Source: Moniliella sp. 'wahieum'
Taxonomy: Eukaryota
Direction: 5' to 3'
Length of the DNA: 64,000 nucleotides
Assembly: GCA_003971905.1 (NCBI GenBank)
Contig: RSEE01000004.1
Coordinates: forward strand, 496,001-560,000
Shown: piece by piece, positions 1-13,776 of the stretch
How positions within the stretch are numbered: position 1 is the stretch's first letter
How the letters are laid out: every line of letters starts with the position of its first letter
The notes under the pieces: model-generated
Database searches by the model: none
What the model was told of the DNA's origin: nothing
Seen by the model: only the letters and a program-made list of their open reading frames with translations
Made by a program: the position numbers and the translations under genes

Positions 1-2458
1 CCGTGCTCCGGCACCATGCCAGCAGCATTTTGCAAGTCCACATCCACATATCCCACAGCCGATTCAAAGACCATAATTTTCTCAATGAACGCTTGCAACG
101 CCTCGGCATGGGCCGAAGAGGCGCCGCGCTGAGAATAGGCCGGGTCCAAGGAACCATTCTGAGCAGCGGCAAGGATGGCAGCCTCCTGTTCTGCCATCTC
201 GTCGCCCCAAATTTGCGCCATCTTTTCCAGTCTGCCAGAGGCGAGGTAGCAGACCGTAGCATTCTTACGGGCGTCCGGGGCTTGACCAGAATAGTAAAGG
301 TCCTCTAACCGTTGGCCCAGCGCCTCAGCGAGCACGCCAAAGTCCTCCGATTTGGCGTAAGTGCACAGCACAACAAAGGTCTCTTGCCAGTCGGCCAAGT
401 CGGCATAGGCCACCACGTCCCCAAGGTCTTCGGAGACGATGGACTGGTACACGCGCAAGAAGGGGCTTGTGCCACTGTTCTTGGCGAAGTAAACCGACTG
501 AGTTCTGGCCAACAGTTCATCCCCACCACGGACGGCAAGGAGGATAGCGTCTGCATACCGCTCCACTGATAGACACAGAGATACCGCGCTCTCAAAGTCA
601 CCCAAGATCAAAGCACGCGTAATATCCTGGTCCACGGAACTCTCATGGGCAGGGTAGATGGAGAAGGGTCCTTTCTCGGCCACTGTCGAGGACACATCCT
701 TCGTAACAGGAGCAGCAGGAGCAGAAACTTGGGGGGCAGCACCCAAGTTGTCGAAAAAGTCTTCGCCGCCATTTGCATCACGATCGGAGAAAGGATCAGG
801 TTGGGGTGGAGGTGCAACAATTCGTCTTGAACCGCGGCTCCGCACTTGGACCCAACAGGTCGCCCATGGTCGCTCTAGCTTGTCCAGGGCAGGGACAATC
901 TTTTGTTCCAGGTCTTGCTTGGTCACACCAAGAAGAGTGATGAGTTCGTCTCGTGCACCCGAATTGAAGAGAGTTTGGAGGGCGGCCCAGTTCGACACCT
1001 CCTCGGGGTTGGAGCCATCGGTCTCGGCAGTTGGCCTTGCTCAAGCAAACTCGGCCAGGGTGCCGCTTGCTACGGCTTGCTGCAGTCTTTCGGCCCGTTC
1101 CACAATCCCAGGCTCAGTGACGACTTGACGGATGTGCACACCAGAACGATTGGGGTGTACTGAAACGAGCTGCCCACCAAAGAGAAGGCGGCCGCGATCG
1201 GACGCTTGAGCCATTTGGGAGGCTGAACCAATGACACACCGGCAATGTCGGAGCGGTGACGCTTGGGAGGTTATTGAAAAAGTCGTTGTCGTCCACAGCA
1301 GCAGCTTGCTCGTGCTCCCGGCGGCAGCCGCGGCAGTTTCGTCATTCTCGATTGAGTGGAGAGAGTGCACGCCAATCTGGCCGTCAAAGCTGGCTTTGCG
1401 ATCAGGTTAGGATCGCGTGGGCACCATTGGGCTTCAAAGGTCCAGTTGGTACTGGGCGAGAGCTCGCCCACATTTTGACCGGTTTGGGGGTTCCAGAGCA
1501 AAGTACGGTTGTCCTTGCCGCACGATACAAGCAGATCCTCATCTGCCATGCACCACCCAACAGACAAAATTCCCCTCGTGTGGCCCTGGAGAATCACTTC
1601 AGGAGCGTGAGCATTGCGCAGATTCCAGACCGAAATGACGGGGTTGGCATCATCTTCACTAGCGGTAACGAGACGAGTGGCAGTGCGCGGGTCCCAGGCG
1701 ACAGAACTAGTACCAGCCGAACGTGCGCCAGGCGCGCTAAAGGCGCTACCAGCTGGGCCAGCACCGCCATAGGTCAGGCAAGATACCTCGGATTTGTTAC
1801 GCAGGTCCCATACCACCGTATTACCACTGTTGGAAGCCGAAGCAAGAATAGGAGGAACTTTATTGTTCCAGGCGAGAGCGGTGATGTCGCCGAGCTTGGC
1901 TGAACGCTCTCCTGGAGAGTAGGCCTGGCGCGGGTCATGCAAATCCCAAATGTAGATCTCACCGTTGATGCCACCCGAACCGAGAAGATTGGGAGAAAGC
2001 TTGTTGAAATCGACGCCGCGCACCGGGCCACGGTGGCGGTTATTGCGGAAAATCTGGGCGTCGTCAATCGAGCCAGCGAGCAGCTTGGAAGCATCCCAAG
2101 CTGTAAATTCGCCGTTGTCGAGACCAGCAGCAAGCACGCCGCTAGGGTGAGCCGGAGCCACATATCCCCACTTGAGACGATGGAAGCTGGACGCGGGACG
2201 GGTTAGCAATGCAAGCTGGGCACGGCGTCAAGAGAGAGTGCGGGGCACATACCGCGAGCCTGCTGAGAGGGAGGCCAGTGGCTTGACATCGTCGCGGCGG
2301 CCGGCATAGTCGGGCTGCCAGAGCTCGAGAATCGAGTCGGACGAGAAGGAGTCGTCGAGGGCGCCCGACACGGTGCCGGTGGCGAGAATGGGGGTGCCGG
2401 TGTCAAAGCCCTCAGGCGACCAGGCCACGGTGGCCGTGCGGGGCAAGACGGCCTTCAT
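1..2458 (-). CDS. SEC31: COPII coat protein Sec31 (WD40 N-terminus; 3' part runs off the window; frameshifted)
   Basis: MKAVLPRTATVAWSP...LATGTVSGALDDSFSSDSILELW; 66-nt intron 2187-2252 (GTATGT...GCTAAC...CAG); then RFHRLKW...GPVRGVDFN...IYIWDL...VVWDLRNK...ISVWNLRNAHAP...GHTRGILSVGWC...LLVSCGKDNRTLLWNP, typical of Sec31. Confidence 0.93.
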
Positions 2459-3593
2459 GCTCGGGGGGGCGGGACGGGCTGGTCGGAGGTGGAGGCGAAG
2501 GAGAAGCGGCGCGGCTGGGCCGTGGGCCGTGGGCTTGAGGTGGTGCCGTGGCCGGTGGGCCGAGGGGGCTGCCGTGGCAGCAGCGACCGCAACGCATGGC
2601 ACGGCGCAAGTGTAACGTGGTCCGCCCTGGAACCCTATCCGTCGGCCAGGGTGTGGAACGCAGCTTGCCCAAACGTTCAATGTTGAAGGAATGCTGACGC
2701 CGTCAGTATAGGCCAGCTCCACTCCCACTCTCCACACACGCGGACTCTGTTTTACAGGAGTCTACTCCGAAACGCATGCAAGCATACGTCAGTAGCGCGT
2801 GCGCCTCCCACCCTCGGATACGCCCAAGCGACGCCGACGTGGGCCACCCCTGAGCCCCAGACTGGAGTGTAGTTTGATGGGGGCAAGTACGATCGGGTGG
2901 TGTATGCCATCTTCTACTTGGTTAGGCCATATGTGCGTGCGTAGCTGCTTCTCTGACACTCCGACGCGTGCCGGCGTGAGATTTGCTTGGCCACAGCTCT
3001 TTTCGATCTGTGCTTCGCTCGACTTTGATGCCATGGTCGGGGGTCTTTTTGGTGGTAGTCTACTGCGTCCTGACGCGCATCCTGCTCTCCCAATTTTCCT
3101 TCTGTTGGCCTTGCGCAGCACGTCGCTGGCCGGCGGCAAAAAAGGCCGCAGTGCGTCCTGGCTGCTCGCCGCATTTATGCTCGGCATGAACGCGGTCGTC
3201 GTCGAACGGCATGGGGCTACCTGCAAGACCATGAAAAGGGAATGGCATGCACTTGCCCCGCTGGTGTGGTCTTAGCAGAGATGGGCGGCATGACTAGCTA
3301 GCTCATGACTAGGACTGCTCAAGCGACCGTGGGTAGCGGCGGTGGCTGCTGGTGGGGCATATACAAGGGTAGGCTTAAGAGCAACTTGGGGCGGAATGAT
3401 TAATGAGGCCGGGGCGGAAGGGGAGGCGTGAACCATCCCCGGACCAGTGATATATGATGCACGATGGATGACGTCGATGGCCCAGCACCTTCGGCGGCGT
3501 CGAGAGCGGCGTCGGACCAGCTGGACCCGCCGCACTACCCCAGACAGGAGCGCATGCATGATGGTGATGCATGATGCTGCTTGCGCCGGGACG

Positions 3594-3812
3594 TTTCCAG
3601 AACATTTCACGCCCGCAGGCGGCCTCAACGTCAACAACTACTTCGAATAAATACATACTGGCCCCGTGCGGGCGCCCTGCGGTGGAACACCTTCGCCAGG
3701 TTCCACTGCGGGGGCACAACGCCGCCGCTGCCCCCGTGCCCAAACTTCCCGCACCCAGCAGCGGCCCGGCCGGGGTGCGCACGCACACCGGCCTCCTGCG
3801 CAGCGTATAAAA
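3594..3812 (+). promoter_or_regulatory. HSP90 promoter: HSE-like TTC/GAA units and TATA box
   Basis: TTTCCAGAACATTTC at 3594-3608 and GGAACACCTTCG near 3684 are imperfect heat-shock elements; TATAAAA at 3806-3812 lies about 70 nt upstream of the ATG. Confidence 0.6.
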
Positions 3813-3878
3813 CCAGCACGGGCTCCACCGCTGGCCTCCTCTTCCCCCATCATTTCCTCCCTTTCCCCGTCGTCTCCC

Positions 3879-5961
3879 ATGTCGTCGCCCAACTCGGAAA
3901 CCTTTGGCTTTGCCGCCGACATCAGCCAGCTGCTGGACCTGATCATCAACACCTTCTACTCCAACAAGGAGATCTTCCTCCGTGAGCTCATCTCGAACGC
4001 CTCGGATGCGCTTGACAAGATCCGCTACGCCGCCCTCACCGACCCCACTGCTCTCGATGAGGAGAAGGAGCTGTACATCCGCATTACTCCCGACAAGGAG
4101 AACAAGATCCTGTCCATCCGTGACACGGGTATCGGCATGACCAAGACCGACCTGATCAACAGCATTGGTACCATTGCTCGTTCGGGCACCAAGGCATTCA
4201 TGGAGGCACTTTCCTCTGGTGCCGACATCTCTATGATTGGCCAGTTCGGTGTGGGCTTCTACTCGGCCTACCTCGTTGCCGACAAGGTGCAGATCATCAC
4301 CAAGAACAACGACGACGAGCAGTACATCTGGGAGTCGGCTGCTGGTGGCACCTTCACCATCACGCAGGACACTGTCAACCCTTCGATTGGCCGCGGGACG
4401 GAGCTGCGTCTGCACATGAAGGATGACCAGCTTGAGTACCTTGAGGAGAAGCGGATCAAGGAAATCGTCAAGAAGCACTCTGAGTTCATCTCGTACCCCA
4501 TCCAGCTCGTCGTCACCAAGGAGGTCGAGAAGGAGGTCGAGGTTGAGGAGGAGGCTGCCGACGATGACAAGAAGCCTAAGATTGAGGAGGTTGAGGATGA
4601 GGACAACAAGAAGGAGAAGAAGAAGGTCAAGGAGATTGTCAAGGAGGAGGAGGAGCTCAACAAGACGAAGCCTCTCTGGACCCGGGATCCCAAGTCGATT
4701 GAGCCGGAAGAGTACAACTCCTTCTACAAGTCTCTGACCAACGACTGGGAGGACCCTCTGGCTGTCAAGCACTTCTCGGTTGAGGGCCAGCTTGAGTTCA
4801 AGGCTCTGCTCTACATTCCCAAGCGTGCTCCCTTCGATCTCTTTGAGAACAAGAAGAAGCGCAACAACATTAAGCTCTACGTGCGCCGTGTGTTCATCAT
4901 GGACGACTGTGAGGACCTCATCCCGAATGGCTCTCGTTTGTCAAGGGTGTTGTCGACTCGGAGGACCTGCCACTCAACATCTCGCGTGAGACCCTGCAGC
5001 AGAACAAGATTCTGAAGGTGATCCGCAAGAACATTGTCAAGAAGGTCCTCGAGTGCATCTCGGAGATTGAGGAGGACGAGGAGAACTACAAGAAGTTCTA
5101 CGAGGCGTTCGGCAAGAACATCAAGCTTGGTATCCACGAGGACTCGACCAACCGCAACAAGCTTGCCGAGTTCCTTCGCTTCCACTCGACCAAGTCGGGT
5201 GACGAGCTCACCTCATTAAGGACTATGTGACGCGCATGCCCGAGGTGCAAAAGAACATCTACTACCTCACCGGCGAGTCGCTTCAGTCGATCAACGACTC
5301 TCCCTTCTTGGAGGCGCTCAAGAAGAAGGGCTTTGAGGTTCTCCTCATGGTGGACCCCATTGACGAGTACGCCGTTACCCAGCTGCGTGAGTTTGACGGC
5401 AAGAAGCTGGTTTCGGTCTCCAAGGAGGGCCTCGAGCTTGAGGAGACGCCCGAGGAGATTGCCGCGCGTGAGGAGGAGGCGAAGAAGTTCGAGGGCCTGC
5501 TCAAGGCTATCAAGGACATCCTCGGCGACAAGGTTGAGAAGGTGGTTCTTTCGAACCGCCTTGTCGGCTCGCCCGTTGCTCTTGTCACTGGTCAGTTTGG
5601 CTGGTCGGCCAACATGGAGCGGATCATGAAGGCTCAGGCGCTGCGGGACACTAGCATGAGCTCTTACATGTCCTCTAAGAAGACGCTCGAGGTGAACCCC
5701 AAGAACCCCATCATTAAGGAGCTGCAGGCCAAGGCCGATGCTGACGCGGCCGACTCGACGGTGCGGGACTTGACTTGGTTGCTGTACGAGACGGCCCTGC
5801 TCACCTCGGGCTTTAGCCTGGACCAACCTCAAGACTTTGCCAACCGACTGTTCAAGCTTATCTCGCTCGGTCTCTCGATTGACGAGACGGAGGAGGAGGC
5901 TGAGGAGGAGAAGGAGGCTGAGCAGCCCGAGGGCGAGAGCACCATGGAGACGGTCGACTAA
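3879..5961 (+). CDS. HSP90: Cytosolic heat-shock protein 90 (no intron seen; apparent indels near 4930 and 5220)
   Basis: [91 protein letters not shown]; ends GESTMETVD. Confidence 0.98.
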
Positions 5962-6557
5962 AAAGCAACTCCATTTCCCTACCCTTTCAGTGGTAGCTCA
6001 GATCCCCCCTTGCGTCCCCCTTTACCATCTATGTCCTTGTACCGTACCCCGCAACCCCCCCTCCCCCTAAAATCCCTATAGGCTCCGCACCTTGATCAAT
6101 ACACTGTCTTGTCCAAACAGATATCTAGAACAGGACCTAACGGCAGACTTGGTTGTAGTATGAGTTTGGAGACAGGAAGAAAGTGAAGGAACATGGTGAT
6201 CCTGATTGATGAAATGCAGAGATGATGATTCTGGCACGGGCTCGCGCCGCGTTTAGGGTGTATTGATACGTATCGAGCGGCAACATTGCACGCCTCACTC
6301 GTAGTGCAAGCGAGGTCCGCCCCGTACGAATCGGATTCAGACGAAGCAGAGGCCAGTTTAATAACCACATGCTGACAGGCAGGATTAATGTGGGACAGGG
6401 CATGTGGCGTGTGGCACACCGTTGTGGGCACATGGCCTGGTACACACACAATTGGTTATTTTTTTCCCCGAATCACCTTGTCGTTTGCCACGCCCGCCAT
6501 GGTTCCCACTCATCCGCCTCTGTTGGGGGTCGCAAGCTGGACAAAGCTGAGGGAGCG

Positions 6558-9500
6558 CTAGTGATGGTATTGGTGGGGCGGGGTGGTGAGGGGAAGAGTT
6601 CTTCTCCGCCGGGTCCAGGACGAGTCGGGGGAGGGATTCGGGCGTGAACGTTGGCAAAACGGCGCACGCCAGCTGGATGAGGTGGGCCGAGGGTGGGTGG
6701 GGGAGGACAGCGGCCCGGAGGGGGGTTGATAGATCAGGGAAGAACGGCGGGAGGAATAAGGAGCAATGCCTTCTTCTTCATGGTCTCCTTCCCCCTCTTC
6801 CTCCGTATATGCCGTATTGCCCGGGTTTGCCTGTAGTGTGAACGACATGGAACGCGGACCGTTGATGGACCTCGCTCCATCCCCCGCCGGTTGTACCGCG
6901 CCAGAAGAGAGGAAGTGCACGGCAGAAAACCAAGCTTGGTGAGCTTCGGCCGAAGGGGCGGTCAAGTACAGATCGTGCCCTTCGGGCGAAGTAAGGACCA
7001 AGGATTCGTGGTGCAAACTAAAGCTGTCGTTCCCACCAGGGAACTTGGGTGATCCATACAGCTTTCCGTCCAGATCAAAGTTCTGCTCCGACCTGATGCG
7101 CACAACGGGCATGCACTTGCTCACGCGTCCGTCGGCTGAAGCCTGGCTGGGGGATACAGTGGGCCGGGTCGGAGACCAATAGAGGTATACCCCCTGATGG
7201 GTCCCGCTGGCATGGATCCAGCAAAAGCGAACATGTCTGCGCTCCCACAGTCGTTTGCGTCGACGAGCTGCCACGGACAGAGTCTCGTCTCCTTTCCCTT
7301 TCCCCTCTGCATTGAGCATGCTACCCGCGGGCTTGTTGTTAGAGGAGAGGGAGACGAGCGCTTTGTTCCAGGGTGTACGAGTGTACTTGATCATGAACAT
7401 CCCCGACCGAAGCTGCGCGACAGCATTGGCGATGGAACCCACCCCACCCTGGGAGCCTTTGCTCGTCACCCCTACAGGTTCAAGCGGCTGACTCGGGGGA
7501 CCCCGCGCCGAGCGCATAGTCACTGCCGCCGAATGGGACTGGTGACCCTTCTTGCCAAAGTAGGACCCCAACGTGCTGTACCGACGGGGAACGAGAGGAT
7601 CAAAAGGTTCAGCCGGAGGGTTTGATTGTAAATTGGTAGAGCTCCTGCTCCTAGGCACTGCCGGGTTGCCCAGGCGAGGGACAGAACGGTCGATCAGAAT
7701 GCTCTGTAGTGTCAAGTGGTCCGTACGGGGGAGATGAGGGCGGGTATCATCGAAAATGGGCTCGGTACAGGAAGATCTCACAGCAGACTGGCCGGCGATA
7801 CTGACCGCCTGTGTTGGGTTGTTACCACCCACTTGGGTATGTTTGTCCGGGAGCTGCTCACTTGGACTGAGGGAGGGTTTCCGAGTCTGTACGTTGCAAT
7901 TCATGCTCACCACTGGCAGGGCCCATTTCCTTGTCTGTGCGCCCGGAAGGGTGTGATGAAGATGGTGAGGAAGTTCCTTCGTTTGCTTCATCAGGGTAGG
8001 AAGCGGGGCGTGGATTAGCTGAGGTAGATGCATAATCCTGCTGGCGTGTAGAAGGCTGGGGAGATGGGAGACAACAAGCCTCTGTTAGGAGTTAGAACGG
8101 AGGGGGGACTGAAGCAGTAGGTAAAGTCAACTCAAAACAGACGAGCGCCTCATGCCTCCTTCGCTCGAGACAATTCTAGGCTGCAGGGTTGTGGGCCTGT
8201 TCTCGGCTCCAACCCCTAGTGAACCCACCGGGCGTTGAGCCAAAGTCGCGTAGCCCCTCACTTGTGAAAGATCCTTTGATGGTTGAGCTGGTGTGATAGA
8301 CCGTGTCCCACTCCATGTTGGTTGCTCCTCAGCAACCACGGCCGAAGGCTCAGGGTCAATGCCAACATCTTTTTGTTTCTTCTTCCGCCCTTTCTAAATG
8401 ATGCGACAAGGAAACATGGGAGGATTCAAGTCGGTTTGAAGTGTCACTTGGACTCTTCGGTCACCATAAGCGTGGTGTTGAATGCCCTCCACCTCCATCA
8501 GCTGTGGTGCACAATGCGTCAAGTCAGCGCCAGGAGATGGGACAGGATCGACTGTGGTCGCAGGGGTGTTATTGACGCGGTTGTGTAGTATCAATGAGTT
8601 GTAGCGGGGGGTCAGGAGTGAATGACCAAAACCAAGATCGGATCGCATGCTACTGCTTTCAGACGCGTCTGAAACCTATCTTCATCATCCTCGCCATCTG
8701 TTGCCTCCATCTCCTCCTCGCGAGTCGCCGTCCGATACCTTTCACTCGGGTTGGAGAGGAGCAAGACTTCATTTGCGGATCTGGCGTCCATATTCAGATC
8801 AGCCGCATGGATAGTGGACCCGTTGTCAGAAGTGTGAATGCCGTTCATCAACGGGATTTCCATGGAGGTATTAATACGATCGTCGCCATCAAGTACACAC
8901 GAAGACGCTTCATTTTGATGACGTGTGGGGGGTTGGCAATGCCATTTCGGGTGCCTCTACTTGTTCCTGTTCTTTCAGAGGTATGAACAGGGTGACCTGC
9001 TCCTGTTCTTCTTGACATCGATGAAGAGGTGCAACGAAGCTGCTCCATGCTGCTCGCAATTGATTTAAGATGTGCAAGCAGCGAGTCGTTTTGGTGGCAC
9101 TCACAGGCATAGTATCCACCATAACTCGGTCCTGGGGTCCTTTTGCCTGGGATATTGCTGATGTAGGCATTCTAGCGGGTGGGCGGTAAAGAGAGGCAGA
9201 CTGACCCTTCTCCGGATTAGAAAACGTCTGGTCACGAGAACCCGCAGGATGCCATTTGGCCGCTCGACACTCCTAAGCTGCTGCACTGATGGTTCCAATA
9301 AACAATTTGGTGATGTCTGGTGCGACGACAGAAAGACTTCGTTTGGGGCCGTATCAACACCATGTGAATCAGCGCCGTCCCGATTTTCGATGTGCTCATT
9401 CGTGCTGGCCGGCGAGAGAAAGCGGGAGGGATTTTGATCGTGTAGCACCTTTGACTCGGGGCCTTGCACACAGCCCCGTTCGTATGCGATAGAGCCAATA

Positions 9501-10749
9501 GGTGTATGAAGAGTGCGTTGGAAGCCTTTTTCTTGTCGGATTGGGTTGGTTTCCCCTTTAGAAAAGCCAACTGTAGACGAAGTGCTTCAACCTCTTCATT
9601 GTGCTTGGCAAGCATCTCATCCTGGGTTTCTCTGGAAGATACCAATTGGGCTTGCAGCTCCACAGCTGACGCCTCAGCCTGAGAGCATTTGATCTGGAGT
9701 TCGATCATCTCCCCTTGGGCCACTTCATGAGCTAGGTGTAGATCGCAAAGCTCGGCAGACATCATATCTGCCAAACACAAAGGGCCACAGGCTATTATTA
9801 GTGTCCGTGATCTTTTTTGTTCTGGAACTTTTGGTCATGCACTCTGTTGCGCACTTGTACAGAAGAGGGATATGGTGTGGTAAAACAAAGGAGACGTACC
9901 GTTGGCATGTTGAACCATGTTCAGTTGGGTCAGGTAACCCTCATTCCTTTCGTGTAACCTATCAACAAGGGTATCGCGCTGGGTCTGCCTGGTTTTCAGC
10001 AGCGCTGATTCCACCCGGCCTAGGGTCTCGTTGTGTTCCGTCCGCATCAAGGAAAGGGACGTGGTGAGAGAAGCATTGTCAGTTTGGAGCCGACGCAGTT
10101 GGATCAGGAGCTTTTCTTGCATGTTCCGCGTAAACACACCGTCCAGGTCGATTGACGCCGATGTCCCGCTTTCGCCTTGAGAATCGTCAAGTGCAGGGCG
10201 GTTGCAGGGATCGTCTTCATTCCGGGCTCGCCGAGTGGCTTGCGTTTTGGCCCGCTCCCGCAACAAAGCCATGGCGGGGGAAGAGGTTCGATCTGCACCA
10301 TTCGCTTTTGATGTAGCTGACACAGCAGGAGGTAAAAAGGGGTTAGATGATGAATGCGCGACGACAAGCTGCACCAGATGGTCAAGCCGGCGCTGCCGCT
10401 CTTTGGTGAAGCGGGTCTGAGCTGAAGTGATGTGGGAGCGGAGCTGCTGAATCCGGAGGAGAACGTCGTCAGTGCCAGAGGCTGGGTCATGAAGGGCCAG
10501 CCTAGGCTGCTTGCTGGGTACTGGAGGAGATGGCAGAGTGGTCATCCAACTAGACCAATGCTCGGTAGACTGGGCATCGTGTTCGGTGAGCTCGGCTTGG
10601 TGGAGCTGCTTTGGGGCGTTAGTGAGGACAGCAAGCCATGCGTGTGCGGTGGCCTCGTGGTGCTCGAGAGTATTGGTGAGGGCCGCGGCAGCCTGGACTT
10701 GAGCGGCGAGAGTGGCACAGTGGCGCTCAAGGTGAGCGCGACATTCCAC
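6558..10749 (-). CDS. Num1/Mcp5/ApsA-like cortical anchor: N-terminal coiled coil, disordered middle, C-terminal Mcp5-type PH domain (frameshifted; start uncertain)
   Basis: PH-like block IANAVAQLRSGMFMIKYTR...RRHVRFCWIH...LYWS...LHHESLVLTSPEGHDLYLTAPSAEAHQAWFSAVHFL at about 6915-7435; coiled-coil ORFs 9232-9765 and 9835-10749 join in frame through a putative intron 9768-9899 (GTACGT...ACTAAT...CAG). Confidence 0.62.
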
Positions 10750-11550
10750 TTCCTCTTCGCGGACAATGGAAGGGCGGTCGAGGGGGGGACGAGGGCTGCG
10801 TCGTGGATCCCGAAAGGGGGGATGCTGCGGGCGTCATGGCCGGAGAGATGGTCCTACCCGCACAATGGAGGGATGGGTGAGATGTAGTGGTGCTCTGGGA
10901 GACAGCACGCTCGATGGACGAAGGAGAGAGAAGCGGTGGTGGTGTGGTTAGCAGCGTGCTCTTGCTGACGGTGCCCGTGGGTCCGTGGGACGCCGGCCTT
11001 CCCGCTGCACGGGGGGCTGCAAGGGGCTCAGCAGCAGGGGCCAAATGGTGCGTCTGCCGATATACCACCCGTCTGATCCACTCAGACGAGCAGCAGCCGA
11101 AAGCACGCTGCTGGCGAGAAGAGTATATATACGCCACATCCCCTCCCCGTTGCATATGGGATTCCCTGTGGTTAAGCGGTGCAGGCGGTCCCACCCCCCA
11201 GGGCCTTGGGTATGTTTGCTCTCTCCCTCGCTCCCTCCTGCATTACTAGCATCCCTATCCACAGAGCCACCAACGGAGGGGCCCTGCAGCATGAATCAGC
11301 TCACAACATGCAACATCTCTTCAGATCTAACGCTCCCGCCTTCCAACACGCCATATCCAACACGCCCCACGCCCCTCGCCCAACGGTGCTCTGTATGTAT
11401 ATGCACCAAAGCTCCCGGCCGCACGTGCAGGCCCATCCGTCCTGTATGTAACAGATCAGGTGGCACCAAAAAACCATGCCAGTACCCCCCCACATAGCAC
11501 ATCCACACTCCCCTTCGTCGCCATGCCATCATGCATCAAGCTCCATCAGA

Positions 11551-13776
11551 TTAGAACAAGCCGAGCAAGTCCTCCTCGGGCTTGGGCGCCTCGGATGCAC
11601 CCCCCACTCTGGGGGGTGCCGATCCCAATGAGGACGTCTGCGAGGCTCCCAACCCAGTCTGCCCCTCCGAGCTTGGTGCCGCGTCAAACAGGCCTAGCAA
11701 ATCGTCCAGCTGCGACGGCGCCGACACACCAGCCCCGCCCGCCCCACTCGACCCATTCAGCGTGGGTTGCAGCGAAAGGGACGCCATTCCGGACACGGGA
11801 GGTGGATCGTCCTGCAGGCTCAGTAAATCCTCCAATCCACCCAGTCCAGTTGCTGCAGACGGGACCGATCCGCCAGGACTGGCTGGCGTGTCATCATCGT
11901 CAAACCCAATCAGGATCTCCGAGGTGGTACCCTGGACAACCGTCTGGAGTGCCTTTTCTCGAGAGATGTTGTGCTGCCCGCACGGCCACGCGCCACATCA
12001 TCTGCGCCCATTCTCCCCTTGCCCACAAACGTAGATTCGGGCTTGTGGTAGGCGGCTGCAAGGCTTCCCAGCTCTGCCAACAGTTCATCTAACAGAGCCG
12101 GTGATAAGGTGGAGAGGGGGATGGAAATGGGAGGGTGCGACGCCAAAATCACTGCTTTGCTCACTTCTTGGTCTGGGCTGGAGAGGAGGCGCCAGTAAAT
12201 GAATGCCCGGTCCCGCAGGTCAGGCAATTCGACCTCCTTGGTAGCCAGCTCGAGTACGCGTTGAACCAACTCGCGTCCCGCATCGGGTTTCTTGAGGAAA
12301 AGCTTGACGACCGCGGTCAACGTCTGAAACTGAACACTGTGTTGTTCCTCGACAAACGTGTCGAGAAAAAGGCAAGCAAATCCTCGCTGTTGGTAATCTT
12401 CTCGGCATACTCGCCCACAATCCAAATGAGAGATGCCTTGGCCTCTGGTTCGTCCAGGTCTTCCAAGTTGGAGCACAAGGTGGGAATAATACCCTCGTAG
12501 TTGCTCGGGTACTTGCGGAAGATGTCTTTGATCACGACGATCGCCTCTTGCACCACGTAACTCACTCGCGTTCCAATCAGATCCAGCAACACGTGCACAC
12601 ACCGTTCCGCCGCCTCATCAATCTTGATCGCGCACTGTCCAATAGCACGGATGGAACGACGAACAAAGTCCACGTCCACCTCTGCCGCATACTCCTTCAG
12701 TTCGCTCAACAGCATGTCCACGTTGCGCACATTGGCCAGCTTGACCATAATCTCCAACTTCTCCACCTTGACGTAGGAAGGATCGTTGTACTTGCAGAAA
12801 AAGATGCGCAGCTCATTGTTCAGCAATTCGGGGTACTTTTGCAAAATGAGGTTCACATTGCGCAGGGCCACCCTGCACCTCGGGCTGAAGAGATGAGGGT
12901 GACGAGAGGGGGAGCCATTTTGCGGATGAGTTGTTTCCTAAAATCCTCCTTCTTCACTGTGTCCATGTGGATCAAAATCACTTTGACCGCACCCAACACC
13001 ACTGACCCATTGGCATGCTGAAACTGGGGCATAGCTCGCTCGCAAATGTGCTCGGCCTCTTGCTCGTCGCTGGTCTTGTAGGCGGCAAGGGCGTTGAGGA
13101 TGGCGATGCGGCCCCATTCGGTGCACTCGTTGAGCGCAATCAGCAGCTTTTGAAGAGTGCGTGCGTCGATGACAAAAACATCGGAATTGGCATCCGACTC
13201 TTGCGCCATCTCGTGAATGTCGGTCAAGGCTGTGACCGCATTAGCCACGACCATAGGGTTCGAGTCTCCCACCATCTCTTGGAGACGAGTCAGGAAGCCG
13301 CCCTCAATGGCAAGCTCCGGCTTGAGATCATACAGCTTCGCAACGCAGATCGCAGCCGTCTTGCGCACGTATGGGTTTTCGTCGCGCAGGCCTTTGGCAA
13401 GAGGGTCGGCAAGGTAGTCGATGATCTTCTCGGCGCGCAGACAGCCCATGGTGCGCAGGGCGAGGGCGCGGATGAGCGGGTTGATGTCCTCCGAGTCCTT
13501 GACAAATGTGTTGACGGCAAGAATGACGAGTTCTGGCTGCGTTTTGGCATAGTTCATAAGGTAGAGGTAGACTAGCTTCTTTTGCTCCACGTCGTCCGTC
13601 TGGCCGTTCTTGAGGACCGAAGCAAACAGCCCTGACACATCCTTCCCGATGGTCATGTTGGCAATGACTCGCTTGATGGCATCCTTGCGGCGGTCGCGAT
13701 ACTCGGAGTTGAGGTCGGCCAGCAGCTCGAAGTTCTCGCCCTTGCGCGGGGCTGAAAAGAAGCGTGGCCTGCTCAT
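11551..13776 (-). CDS. APL2: AP-1 (AP-1/2-type) adaptor complex beta subunit, frameshifted
   Basis: [18 protein letters not shown]...[21 protein letters not shown]...[14 protein letters not shown]...[14 protein letters not shown]...[19 protein letters not shown]...[16 protein letters not shown]; tail with DLL clathrin-binding-type motifs ending EEDLLGLF. Confidence 0.93.

Noticed and set aside
2789..3275. Short ORFs between SEC31 and HSP90
   Set aside because: No recognisable family in any frame; cannot be supported from sequence alone.
3375..5832. Long antisense ORFs over HSP90 (likewise over SPE3, beta-adaptin and NOP1)
   Set aside because: Expected shadow of strong GC3 codon bias on the sense strand; no independent protein signal.
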